Part shown: in pieces, positions 1 to 8,123 of the stretch
Position numbering within the stretch: position 1 is the stretch's first letter
Layout: each line of letters starts with the position of its first letter
NCBI GenBank assembly: GCA_964578845.1
Contig: CAZOEF010000002.1
Span: 220,696-252,695, forward strand
Direction: 5' to 3'
From: Candidatus Woesearchaeota archaeon
GTDB lineage: Archaea > Nanobdellota > Nanobdellia > Pacearchaeales > GW2011-AR1
DNA: 32,000 nucleotides
Program-made: the position numbers and the translations under genes
The notes under the pieces: generated by a model
The model's database searches: none
What the model saw: only the letters and a program-made list of their open reading frames with translations
What the model was told of the DNA's origin: nothing

Positions 1-1069
1 ATGAAATGTCTGAAGCTTTGACTTCACTCTCCACGTCACCTGCTGCAAAGAAAGGCATCACCGGAGCATTCGCATCTATATAAGTAGTAGACAGAATATA
101 CACTTTGTCATCGATCATTCTTGCATCATTATAGCTTCCTGACAAAGTGAATGTCTCTTCCGGTTCAGGATTTTCCCTATCAGTTATATCATAAACATGT
201 ATCAATGTAACTGGCTCGCTCCTCTCAGGAGTAGGCAATATGCTAGCTACGCCATAATATATTCCCCCGTATCCATAGAAGCTCTCAACCACTATCAGTT
301 TATCACCATTCACAAATATTCCTGTAACAGTCTTATTGAATTCTAACTCGGCCATTATCTCTAAATCTTCAGCAGGAAATGCCTTGGCGATAACAACCTT
401 ATTATCAACAACTGTATAGATGTAACTTCCGTCATTCTTTACAATATCAAGTTCATCCACTCCCTCGACAACTACATTGGTTGTTGAGAAGTCACTCGCA
501 CTCTCAATCTTGTCAGCTCCTGATGAAGGCATTGGAGCATCACTAGCAACAGCAGCTTCAGCGACTCCAAAGCTCCTGTAATACATGTCATTATCCGCTG
601 AGTTCTCCTTCAAAAACTCCCTAAGTTCAGCATAGCTCTCAAAATTCTTCATTCCTATGAAATCATCGCTCTGTGTATTTGGGTAAGATGTCTGTGTAAA
701 TAATATTACAGCAAGAAAAATTGCGCCAAGAACTAATATTGCAGGAACAACTACTTTGTTAACCATTGTCTTTGGGGAGATGATTATCTTCTTATCAGCA
801 ACTCTATACATAGGGATCTTCTTCCCTTTAACGCTCCAGAAAAAATTCTTTGACTTTTCAACTAAGCCTGCATCAATCAATTTTTTCAGGCTATACTCAA
901 CAGTATTTAGCGGCATTCCTAATTTATCAGAAATATCTTTCTGGCTCATTTCTTTGTCAGCCAGTAAAGCGAGAATCTTCTTGCATGATTTATTAGAAAT
1001 AGCCTCTGCTATCTTCCCTGTTCGCGGGTCATCCAGATCAACATTGATCGAGCTTTTCACTTTTCCCAT
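1..1069 (-). CDS. wHTH (ArsR-like) / single TM / extracellular beta-propeller-type protein; partial, with the C-terminus beyond the left edge
   Basis: I translated the minus strand by hand from the ATG (rc of 1067-1069): MGKVKSSINVDLDDPRTGKIAEAISNKSCKKILALLADKEMSQKDISDKLGMPLNTVEYSLKKLIDAGLVEK. A hydrophobic span VVVPAILVLGAIFLAVILF follows, then ...VVEGVDELDIVKNDGSYIYTVVDNKVVIAKAF..., and the frame stays open to position 1. It is missing from the ORF track because it is truncated. The N-terminus looks like an ArsR-type wHTH. The distal part resembles the secreted 'beta-propeller domain' family (recalled, not searched). Confidence 0.6.
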   Translation of the reverse strand, partial: MGKVKSSINVDLDDPRTGKIAEAISNKSCKKILALLADKEMSQKDISDKLGMPLNTVEYSLKKLIDAGLVEKSKNFFWSVKGKKIPMYRVADKKIIISPKTMVNKVVVPAILVLGAIFLAVILFTQTSYPNTQSDDFIGMKNFESYAELREFLKENSADNDMYYRSFGVAEAAVASDAPMPSSGADKIESASDFSTTNVVVEGVDELDIVKNDGSYIYTVVDNKVVIAKAFPAEDLEIMAELEFNKTVTGIFVNGDKLIVVESFYGYGGIYYGVASILPTPERSEPVTLIHVYDITDRENPEPEETFTLSGSYNDARMIDDKVYILSTTYIDANAPVMPFFAAGDVESEVKASDIS

Positions 1070-1204
1070 TGCTTATATAAAAAATTCTAGTTTATAAATG
1101 AATTTAAGACTTCAAGAGTGATTGAACCTATTAGAAATATTTATTTATAACTATAATTTTTGATCCTGGAACAAGTTTATATTACCGTATTAACATAAAA
1201 GGTT

Positions 1205-1477
1205 ATGGAGCACGCAATGAGACTGGATCCAGATCCGTTTGAAAAAATAAAATTGGGAATTAAGAAAACTGAAATCAGATTAAATGATAAAAAAAGAAAG
1301 GGTATTAGAATAGGAGATAAAATAGTGTTCGTAAAACGTCCTGAGCTAAAAGAAAAAATTAAAGTTAAAGTTATTAAAAGAAGAGAAATGGAATCTTATC
1401 CGAATATGGACAAATATTATTCAAAAGAAGAGCAAGACAAGTACGGATTTGTCATGTTTGAAATTACACTTATATAA
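1205..1477 (+). CDS. ASCH (PUA-like) domain protein
   Basis: 90 aa. MRLDPDPFEKIKLGIKKTEIRLNDKKRKGIRIGDKIVF matches the typical ASCH-domain N-terminal pattern. An A/T-rich TATA-like region lies upstream. Confidence 0.55.
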   Translation: MEHAMRLDPDPFEKIKLGIKKTEIRLNDKKRKGIRIGDKIVFVKRPELKEKIKVKVIKRREMESYPNMDKYYSKEEQDKYGFVMFEITLI

Positions 1478-1584
1478 ATGCTGCATAAATTAATTGATTT
1501 CATACAAAAAGTCTTTATTTTAACCACTCTCTCTGACAGAAAACTCACAGCAATATTTATAAATTGTTTTTCTATCCATAGATT

Positions 1585-1782
1585 ATGAATAAATGGGTAG
1601 AACTTTTGGTAGGGCTTGTTTTAATAATCGGAGCTATACTTGCCTGGTATTATTCACTAGGAGCAGGATTCTGGGATTTCGGAACAGCTGCATGGGAATT
1701 CTTCAAAGGCGGTTTAGTCTGGTTTGTCATAATGGTCGGAGTATTATTTGTCCTTCTTGGAATATCTGATCTGAAAGGATAA
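1585..1782 (+). CDS. small two-TM membrane protein
   Basis: 65 aa with two hydrophobic segments. A TATA-like atatttataaatt lies about 25 nt upstream of the ATG, consistent with a leaderless archaeal promoter. Confidence 0.45.
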   Translation: MNKWVELLVGLVLIIGAILAWYYSLGAGFWDFGTAAWEFFKGGLVWFVIMVGVLFVLLGISDLKG

Positions 1783-1811
1783 ATTTAAAACATCTTCATT
1801 GAATAATTTTT

Positions 1812-2117
1812 ATGGTTAAACGTAAAGTTAAAGATAATGGTCTGGCTAAACCTCCGGCAGATCCTATTGTTCCTGAAATAATCTATGTGTTCTTGACAAT
1901 AGATCCAAGAAATAATAATACAAAGAGGTATAATCTTGATGAAACAGTATTTAATCCTGAAGACAAAGAAAGATTCGCTCACGGGGAAAGAGAAGTAACA
2001 ACATCAATTGGAGAGTACAGATTAATGAGGTATCAGGATATCCAAAATAATCCTGATCTTGAGAACATTACACGCGTCCTAACATATGTCTCAAAACAAT
2101 CTAAGATTAAGTTTTAA
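1812..2117 (+). CDS. hypothetical protein
   Basis: 101-aa ORF with normal composition. It is preferred over the overlapping antisense ORF 1785..1982, which is hydrophobic and low-complexity. No motif recognised. Confidence 0.35.
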   Translation: MVKRKVKDNGLAKPPADPIVPEIIYVFLTIDPRNNNTKRYNLDETVFNPEDKERFAHGEREVTTSIGEYRLMRYQDIQNNPDLENITRVLTYVSKQSKIKF

Positions 2118-2140
2118 AACTCTCATAACTTACCAATTCT

Positions 2141-2380
2141 ATGGTTAAAGATTCCGAAAGGTTCGAAAAAGAGAGGACTTTGCTTTCAAACGAGAGGACG
2201 TTATTATCTTACTTGAGAACAGCTTTCGCAGCATTTATCTTTGGATTCGCATTGATACAATTCGGCCAGAACAATCAGACTTTAACTTCAATGGGCTATG
2301 CTGCAATAGTCACTGGAACAGCTTTGGCAATACTAGGGTTTATACATTATTCTATAAATAGAAAAAGAATATCTCGTTAG
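2141..2380 (+). CDS. DUF202 (YidH-like) membrane protein
   Basis: ERTLLSNERTLLSYLRTAFAAFIFGFAL matches the NERTxLAWxRT signature of DUF202, followed by two TM helices. Confidence 0.6.
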   Translation: MVKDSERFEKERTLLSNERTLLSYLRTAFAAFIFGFALIQFGQNNQTLTSMGYAAIVTGTALAILGFIHYSINRKRISR

Positions 2381-2428
2381 TGAAAAAACTATAACAATCC
2401 ATAAATATCCTGACTCTCAATTCGTTTT

Positions 2429-3601
2429 ATGGCAAAGCGCTGCAAGACCTGCGGGGAGTATAATTGCAAAGAGCATGAGTTTATAGTTGGAAAAACAGTG
2501 AATCTAACGGAGTTTTCAGGATCTTCCCCTCCTGAAATATTCGTTGGAAAGTGGAACTACCCCAATGTTTATACAGGGATATTATCCCCTCCTGAATACG
2601 GTGACAATAAAATAATGTCTTCTCCTGAACTATGGCATAAGAACAAGCTTCCGATATCTAATATCATGGAACATAGAAACCAATTGATCTATGGCAGGAC
2701 GCAATCCAACATTAAGAAGCTTGAAACAAGATTTTTAGGAGTGATGAAAGAGATAGCAATGACTCATAAATCAATAGCTACAGAGTTCCATCTGAAAAAG
2801 CCTGTAAAGAAGGTCAATCATCCTGATGCAAGAGTTCCGCTTATTTCTAGGGCAGCCCCTGTGGAAAACGTCAAACTTGAGGAAAACGCTCCGGTAAAAC
2901 CTAAAATAGATTACTTAGTGAATGATACAGAAGTAAAATCTGCTATTGCAATACAGGAACTAGCCAAGTCAAAAATAAACACTTCTAATATAATCAAGAT
3001 ACTATCAGCAGGCCTTCTTGGAATAAAAAAGAACAGGAGGCTAGTCCCGACACGCTGGTCTATAACAGCAGTTGATGATACTCTCTCAAAAAACAAATTA
3101 GAAAAAGTAAAGGAATATCAGGAAATATCGGAGTTCCAGGTCTTCCACGCTGAATACATAGGAAACCATTACGAATTTCTATTATTGCCTGATAAATATT
3201 CTTTTGAAGTCATCGAGATGCGCACTAATTATAATGAGACTGGTGTGTTCTGGCAGGATTACGAAACATTCTTCCCAAGGAAAAAATACGCAGATAACGT
3301 CACCGGAGCATATTACGCAAACAGGTTAGCATTAGTAGAATACCTGGAAAAGATAAAGCGCCAGGCTCAATGCTTAGTGATAAGAGAAATAAGGCCTCAG
3401 TACTATGCTCCTTGTGGAGTAGGAATATTAAGGGAAACCTCAAGAGAAGCATTTACTAAACAGCCTGAAAAATTCAATACCCTTAAAGAAGCATTGGAAA
3501 GCATTCAGTCAAGATTACGCCAGCCAATAACAAACTATACTAATAAATCCTGGCTACTAACAAATTTCGGAAAACAGAAAAAATTATTTGAGTTTATCTA
3601 A
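2429..3601 (+). CDS. NreA-like DNA repair protein (DUF650/DUF651 family) with a C-terminal PIP-box
   Basis: It has an N-terminal Cys cluster (CKTCGEYNCKEH) and FSGSSPPEIFVGKWNYPNVYTGILSPP, as in archaeal Nre proteins. The C-terminus QKKLFEFI fits the PCNA-interacting motif QxxLxxF(aromatic/aliphatic). Confidence 0.6.
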   Translation: MAKRCKTCGEYNCKEHEFIVGKTVNLTEFSGSSPPEIFVGKWNYPNVYTGILSPPEYGDNKIMSSPELWHKNKLPISNIMEHRNQLIYGRTQSNIKKLETRFLGVMKEIAMTHKSIATEFHLKKPVKKVNHPDARVPLISRAAPVENVKLEENAPVKPKIDYLVNDTEVKSAIAIQELAKSKINTSNIIKILSAGLLGIKKNRRLVPTRWSITAVDDTLSKNKLEKVKEYQEISEFQVFHAEYIGNHYEFLLLPDKYSFEVIEMRTNYNETGVFWQDYETFFPRKKYADNVTGAYYANRLALVEYLEKIKRQAQCLVIREIRPQYYAPCGVGILRETSREAFTKQPEKFNTLKEALESIQSRLRQPITNYTNKSWLLTNFGKQKKLFEFI

Positions 3602-4168
3602 CTACTTCTTTTTCTCAAGTCTGGCAAGTACTTCCTTGATGTTCTTGTTCAGTTGAGCCATCGCTTCTTCAAGCTGCTTCCTGCTTTTTGTTCCTGTGCA
3701 GACCAGTTTTCCATTTGAGAAAAGTAAGAATGTTGTAGTAGGCTCATCTAATTTGTAAACTAATCCTGGGAACTGCTCCGGCTCATACTCTGTATTCTCC
3801 AGCTCCAAAGCTAAAATATTGAGGTTAAGATCCACGTCGATACTTCCTGAAGCGACTATATTCTGTACAGTCACTTTAGGCTTATCGGTGATCTTAACCC
3901 CAATCTTTGCAAGTTGTTTTATGACTTGCGCTATCACCTCATTTACCTGTTGCACGGATTTTGTTCCTGTGCAGACAAGATTCCCAGAAGAGAACACCAA
4001 AACAGCGGATTTGGGTTTCTTGACTCTTAAGACTAATCCAGGAAATTGTTCTGGATTGTATTCTGTATTAGAATGCATTCTTGCAAGTTTTGTTAATGTT
4101 ACAGGTTTGCCCAGAGAAGCAGTAGCGACGATATTTTGTACCTTTAGGTCTGATTTGACTTGTGCCAT
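3602..4168 (-). CDS. tbp: TATA-box binding protein
   Basis: 188 aa with two internal repeats. Each repeat contains NIVA(T/S), EYxPEQFPGLV and LVCTGTKS, the classic archaeal TBP signature. Confidence 0.95.
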   Translation of the reverse strand: MAQVKSDLKVQNIVATASLGKPVTLTKLARMHSNTEYNPEQFPGLVLRVKKPKSAVLVFSSGNLVCTGTKSVQQVNEVIAQVIKQLAKIGVKITDKPKVTVQNIVASGSIDVDLNLNILALELENTEYEPEQFPGLVYKLDEPTTTFLLFSNGKLVCTGTKSRKQLEEAMAQLNKNIKEVLARLEKKK

Positions 4169-4183
4169 TTTATAATTATACCA

Positions 4184-4208
4184 TTTATAAAGGGTTACCC
4201 TTTATAAA
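4184..4208. promoter_or_regulatory. palindromic double TATA element in the tbp / membrane-protein divergent promoter
   Basis: The sequence is TTTATAAAGGGT t ACCCTTTATAAA, with 12-bp perfect arms and a 1-nt spacer. One TTTATAAA box faces each way, 16-23 nt from the tbp ATG (4168). Confidence 0.5.
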
Positions 4209-4294
4209 GGTTCTTATTTATAAATGCCTCAAAAATAAATTTTGTTGTAGAAAAAATACTAAATGTTTATATAGGAATTTAATTCAGACATATT

Positions 4295-4702
4295 ATGGAG
4301 GAACTCTTAGACTCTTCAAAAAAGAAGACATTATTTTACATTTATAATTTTCCATTGACCTTCTTTCTTGTGCTGCTTCTGACCTTTATTGCTCAAACAA
4401 TATTAGCTTTCTTCGTATGTACATTATTTGCTGATGGACACATAGAGTACAGGATATCGGGAGTAACTCTTGCCATTTGTGGAGAGAGCATACCTACATT
4501 CGTCGCTATTCTCCCTATATTTATCTTGTTTGCTATAGGTATAGCAATTTGGATTTTAGTAAGGAAGTATAGAAAATTGCAATACCTCCAGATAAGCAAA
4601 AAGGCTTATATGTACAAGATGATAATAGGTATTTTGATGTGGTTGATCTTTGCCTTCCAACTTTCCATCATAATATCTATTCTTTGGGACTTCAGAGGCT
4701 AA
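4295..4702 (+). CDS. multi-TM membrane protein, unknown function
   Basis: 135 aa with an ATG start and four hydrophobic segments. No recognised motif. Confidence 0.45.
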   Translation: MEELLDSSKKKTLFYIYNFPLTFFLVLLLTFIAQTILAFFVCTLFADGHIEYRISGVTLAICGESIPTFVAILPIFILFAIGIAIWILVRKYRKLQYLQISKKAYMYKMIIGILMWLIFAFQLSIIISILWDFRG

Positions 4703-4926
4703 TTATTTCTTATATTTTGTAGAAGCCATAAATTGCTAATAGCAAGCCAGAAAATATTTATCGTAAAGAGGATATGCCCTGTTGAGAAAAGCGTTAGTTC
4801 CGACAAGCAATGATCCGACAAGATTCATTCCCTGATACCATTTAGTAGATAAGTCATGGTGCGTCAACAGAAAAATGCTAAAATCAAAAGGAAAGCACCA
4901 ATCCAACCAATTATCTCTAACATCAT
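4699..4926 (-). pseudogene. small CBU_0592/YgjV-like membrane protein gene disrupted by two compensating frameshifts
   Basis: Frame 1 from the ATG at 4926 reads MMLEIIGWIGAFLLILAFFC then TGA. The frame offset by two nucleotides continues LLTHHDLSTKWYQGMNLVGSLLVGTNAFLNRAYPLY. Frame 1 then resumes with INIFWLAISNLWLLQNIRNN and a stop. Joined, these give the family pattern (IIGWIGA...YQxxNLxGS...AYP...NxxWxxIA) over 76 codons. Both frame switches lie at T/A homopolymer runs. Confidence 0.4.
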
Positions 4927-4939
4927 CCTAATCCGTTCT
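4923..4939. repeat. 17-bp direct repeat, copy A (TCATCCTAATCCGTTCT)
   Basis: Identical to 5236..5252. On the minus strand it reads AGAACGGATTAGGATGA and contains the ATG of the frameshifted membrane gene. Confidence 0.9.
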
Positions 4940-4960
4940 CCCTATCCCCTTTTTGTACCA

Positions 4961-5239
4961 TTATTTACCTGATAAGATTATTTCTATTCTCGAAGCTAAA
5001 TACTGAGCATCTTCAAAACTGGATGATTGTTCAAAACTGAATGTTAGTCTGCTTCCAGGCAAAGCGCGAGTGCTAATCAAGCCAAAAATATCCCTGGCAT
5101 CATATTCCCCTCTTTCAGGATGGGAAACGTTTACTCTCCCATTATAATTACTTAAAATTTCTATTATCTGTGCAGCCGGAGAAAGATGAAGACCTTCAGG
5201 ACTTAAAACAGGTACAGTAAAATCATATGTATTTTTCAT
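4961..5239 (-). CDS. HPr-like phosphocarrier-domain protein
   Basis: 92 aa. It aligns by eye to E. coli HPr: SPEGLHLSPAAQII versus APNGLHTRPAAQFV (His15 kept, Arg17 replaced by Ser), and ARDIFGL versus AKSLFKL (Asp at the Ser46 position). The ATG overlaps the lig stop codon (ATGA). Confidence 0.6.
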   Translation of the reverse strand: MKNTYDFTVPVLSPEGLHLSPAAQIIEILSNYNGRVNVSHPERGEYDARDIFGLISTRALPGSRLTFSFEQSSSFEDAQYLASRIEIILSGK

Positions 5240-5252
5240 CCTAATCCGTTCT
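5236..5252. repeat. 17-bp direct repeat, copy B (TCATCCTAATCCGTTCT)
   Basis: Identical to 4923..4939. It covers the last five codons plus the stop of lig and the ATG of the HPr-like ORF. Confidence 0.9.
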
Positions 5253-6945
5253 TCCTTGTCTTCTGCATTCTCAAAAACTCTTTCTTTATATCTTCCACTG
5301 TTGCGATATCATGCACTCCCCTTTCAGGGCGGTAATGGGTGATTTTAGGAAAGCGTAATGCATACCCTGAACTGTAAGTCGGGCTTGGCTGCACATTCTG
5401 GTAAGTGACAGATACAACGATTTTAGGCTTTACTGTAACCTGGTTTCCTTTCGTTCTTGTGACTAGCGGCTGCAATAATTTATCCATCTCTTTGTAAGTT
5501 ATTCCCTCTTCTCCTTCTTTCTCCTTAAGTCCTGAAGAAGCCTTTCCCACCTCGACAAATTCCTTGTTCCCGTTCTTGCAGGCTAAAATGAAACTTGTTA
5601 ATCCTCCAGATCTCTTACCAGTTCCGTATTCTGCACCGACAATAACTAGATCCAGATCCTTGGCTTCAGGCTTCATCTTCACCATGAAACCTACTCTTCG
5701 TCCAGGCCTGTAAGGAGCATTTAGATTTTTCATCATTATTCCTTCCTCGCCTGTTTTTAATGCATCCTTATAGAATTTCTCGACTTCTTTTTCATTATCA
5801 GTTACAAATTGTGTGGAGTGCCTTATCTTCCATTTTTCAGGCCTGACAACTTTTTCTAAAAGTTTTCTCCTCTCCTTGAATGGCTTGTCGATCTGGCTAT
5901 CACCGTTCCAGAAAATAATATCGAAGACATTTATCTCAACAGGAAGTTTCTTTATTATCTGGTCAATGTCATACTTCCTTCTTATCCTCTGGCTTATTGC
6001 CTCAAACGGCTTGTATTCTTTTTTATTTGGGTCATATCCTACAACTTCAGAATCTAAAACAAAGCTCTTCCCATTCACATGTTTCTTGATAATCTCAACT
6101 ACATCAGGGAATTGTTTAGTAACATTATCTAGTTTACGCGTAAATAAGCTGACATTCTTCCCATCATAGTTTATCAATACTCTAAAGCCGTCATACTTAT
6201 GCTCAACAGCTAAAGGCTTTCCGCAAATCCTAAAACCCTCAGATAAATCAGTCACTTTAACAGGAAGCATGACTTTGATTGGCTTGCCAGGGATTACCTC
6301 AACTTTATTCAATGCTTTTTTTCCTTTAGTTGCTAATTCCAATATCATAGCGAAATCATTCACTTTATCATAAGCTGATTCGATTAATTCAGTAGCTTCT
6401 TTATCCTCTCCGAAAAAGCTCTTTGCTATTGAATCCCTAAGTATAGCGTCAGCCACACCCACTCTTAGATCATTAAGCAATGTCCTGACAATGTACTTAG
6501 CCTCGCTTCCTGAGGATGAAGTCAATAATTCTATAACTAAAGCCAGTTTCTTGTCAACTGCCCCTTTCCCTTCAATAGTTGCCAAATTCCTCAAATTAGT
6601 AAATACTTTGTCAACACTTAGTTTTTTAGTGAATAATGTTGACTGCTGTTTTTTCCCTATCAGTTCTTCAGCTATCTCCCCTAAATCTCCGATCTTATTG
6701 AATTTCTGGACGATTTTCTCATTACTATTTCCTGTTGCCCTTTCAATGGCTTTTATCACTAGCTGCGTTGAGATCCCAAATTCGCTCTCGTCATAATCAG
6801 GAAAAACTCTTCCCCTGAGCAAGTAAACCAATTCTTCGTGCCCTTTTAATTTAGGAAGGAATTTAGAAAGTATCTCGATCTTCTCGAGTTTCTTTGTAGT
6901 AGAAGCTAATTCATCGTATACTTTTATGAAATCTATATACTGCAT
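5236..6945 (-). CDS. lig: ATP-dependent DNA ligase
   Basis: It has the adenylation motif EHKYDGFRV (KxDG) and an OB-fold region, and its length is typical of archaeal ligases. The ORF-track start at 6960 is TTG, so I trimmed to the first ATG (rc of 6943-6945, MQYIDFIK...). A TATA-like TTAAATA (rc of 6967-6973) lies about 22 nt upstream. Confidence 0.9.
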   Translation of the reverse strand: MQYIDFIKVYDELASTTKKLEKIEILSKFLPKLKGHEELVYLLRGRVFPDYDESEFGISTQLVIKAIERATGNSNEKIVQKFNKIGDLGEIAEELIGKKQQSTLFTKKLSVDKVFTNLRNLATIEGKGAVDKKLALVIELLTSSSGSEAKYIVRTLLNDLRVGVADAILRDSIAKSFFGEDKEATELIESAYDKVNDFAMILELATKGKKALNKVEVIPGKPIKVMLPVKVTDLSEGFRICGKPLAVEHKYDGFRVLINYDGKNVSLFTRKLDNVTKQFPDVVEIIKKHVNGKSFVLDSEVVGYDPNKKEYKPFEAISQRIRRKYDIDQIIKKLPVEINVFDIIFWNGDSQIDKPFKERRKLLEKVVRPEKWKIRHSTQFVTDNEKEVEKFYKDALKTGEEGIMMKNLNAPYRPGRRVGFMVKMKPEAKDLDLVIVGAEYGTGKRSGGLTSFILACKNGNKEFVEVGKASSGLKEKEGEEGITYKEMDKLLQPLVTRTKGNQVTVKPKIVVSVTYQNVQPSPTYSSGYALRFPKITHYRPERGVHDIATVEDIKKEFLRMQKTRKNGLG

Positions 6946-6980
6946 ATCTGCCAAAAGCAAAAAGCGTATTTAACCTTTTG

Positions 6981-6989
6981 CCAGTTTGG
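6981..6989. repeat. target-site duplication, left copy (CCAGTTTGG)
   Basis: It directly abuts the left terminal inverted repeat and is identical to 12309..12317 in direct orientation. Confidence 0.8.
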
Positions 6990-7004
6990 GGCTTTGCACA
7001 ATAA
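6990..7004. repeat. left terminal inverted repeat
   Basis: GGCTTTGCACAATAA is the exact reverse complement of 12294..12308. The transposase stop codon follows immediately at 7005-7007. Confidence 0.85.
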
Positions 7005-8123
7005 CTAAACCCCTTTTTGTGCAGGAAAGGCTTTAACGATTTGCGAAAAATCAAACTCAATTTTAAGCTCAAACATTTCGTGAATAAGAACCACGATATT
7101 ATGTGCTAATACCTTGCAGAGAATCTCATTGTTTTGGCTTCTATCAGATTTGCATCTACAACTATCTCCAAATTTTCTCTTAATCATCGCAAAACAGGTT
7201 TCTACATTACTCCTCTTATGGTAGTGTTCGGCAAATTCTAGGTAGTTTTGGGTAAACAATTTGAACATCTTAGCCCAAGTTGGAGAGCCTCTTGCTTTTC
7301 CCGTCACATTGGATTTGAAAGGAATGTAAGGCATTGCTCCAAGTTCTTTAGCTAACTCAAGGTTATCTCTTGATGAATAAGCCTTGTCTGCTGTGACTTC
7401 TTTAATGTCAAAATGTTCTGCTGTTTGTCTAAGTAATGGTTCAAACATAGTTGAATCTCCTATGTTGCCTTTGGTTATTTCTACAGCAGTGATTACATTA
7501 GTTTTAACGCCACAGAGAACATGTGCTTTCTTGTATTTGCCGAGAGGAGACTTTATTCTATGTTTAATGTCCAACCACCTGTCAAATCTTTGTGTTCCAA
7601 ACCCTGTTGAATCAACTGCAAATCTCTTTTCAATGTGTTTAAGAGGTAATGCGGAAATATTGATGAGATAATGAAGTATCATTCTCATTCCACTATCATC
7701 AAAATAGTTCAGGACCGTATTGAAGTGCGGAACGTCTTGAATATATCCTGCTCTCTTTGCAAGTTCTAAATCCGAGATTAATCTTCTTGAAGAAGTATTT
7801 GTATAAATCTTTATCATAGAGCAAAAAATCATATCTCTCAAGGATTTACGAGGCCTTCCAAAAGTGTATGTTCTTTTTGGAACTACATTTAACAGCTCAG
7901 CAAGAAGTTTGTAAAAGATTAGTTTCTCCTTTGTTTGTGCTTGATTGTATTCGGCCCATTGCTGAGTGTGGACTTTATTCTGAGTCAAATTATGATATTC
8001 CATCTGATTATGCTCTAACGAACTAGAAGGAGGTATCTGTAACTCTGAACTGCTTTTTTCAGTCTTCGGAAACGAGTCCGAAAAATCTTTATACTTATCT
8101 TTTCTATTGTTTTTGGAATTCAT
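7005..8123 (-). CDS. IS4-family DDE transposase
   Basis: The DDE candidates are AVDSTGF, TADKAYSS and NVETCF. HYHKRSNVETCFAMIKRKFG fits the IS4 signature Y-(2)-R-(3)-E-(6)-K exactly. The ORF-track start at 8264 is TTG and its first 47 residues (G/P/R-rich) are atypical, so I trimmed to the ATG at 8123 (MNSKNNRK...). Confidence 0.85.
   Translation of the reverse strand: MNSKNNRKDKYKDFSDSFPKTEKSSSELQIPPSSSLEHNQMEYHNLTQNKVHTQQWAEYNQAQTKEKLIFYKLLAELLNVVPKRTYTFGRPRKSLRDMIFCSMIKIYTNTSSRRLISDLELAKRAGYIQDVPHFNTVLNYFDDSGMRMILHYLINISALPLKHIEKRFAVDSTGFGTQRFDRWLDIKHRIKSPLGKYKKAHVLCGVKTNVITAVEITKGNIGDSTMFEPLLRQTAEHFDIKEVTADKAYSSRDNLELAKELGAMPYIPFKSNVTGKARGSPTWAKMFKLFTQNYLEFAEHYHKRSNVETCFAMIKRKFGDSCRCKSDRSQNNEILCKVLAHNIVVLIHEMFELKIEFDFSQIVKAFPAQKGV

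Noticed and set aside
756-1097. 113-aa plus-strand ORF from the track
   Set aside because: It lies entirely antisense to the much longer minus-strand wHTH/TM/beta-propeller ORF (1..1069), which has recognisable domains. Its own sequence is hydrophobic and low-complexity.
3688-3976. 16-nt exact repeat TTGTTCCTGTGCAGAC at 3688-3703 and 3961-3976
   Set aside because: It encodes the LVCTGTK segment in each of the two homologous TBP half-domains. This is the ancient internal duplication of TBP, not a mobile or regulatory repeat.
3819-6796. Antisense ORFs 3819..4175, 5813..6169 and 6491..6796
   Set aside because: They are shadow frames opposite tbp and lig, both of which are firmly identified by motifs.
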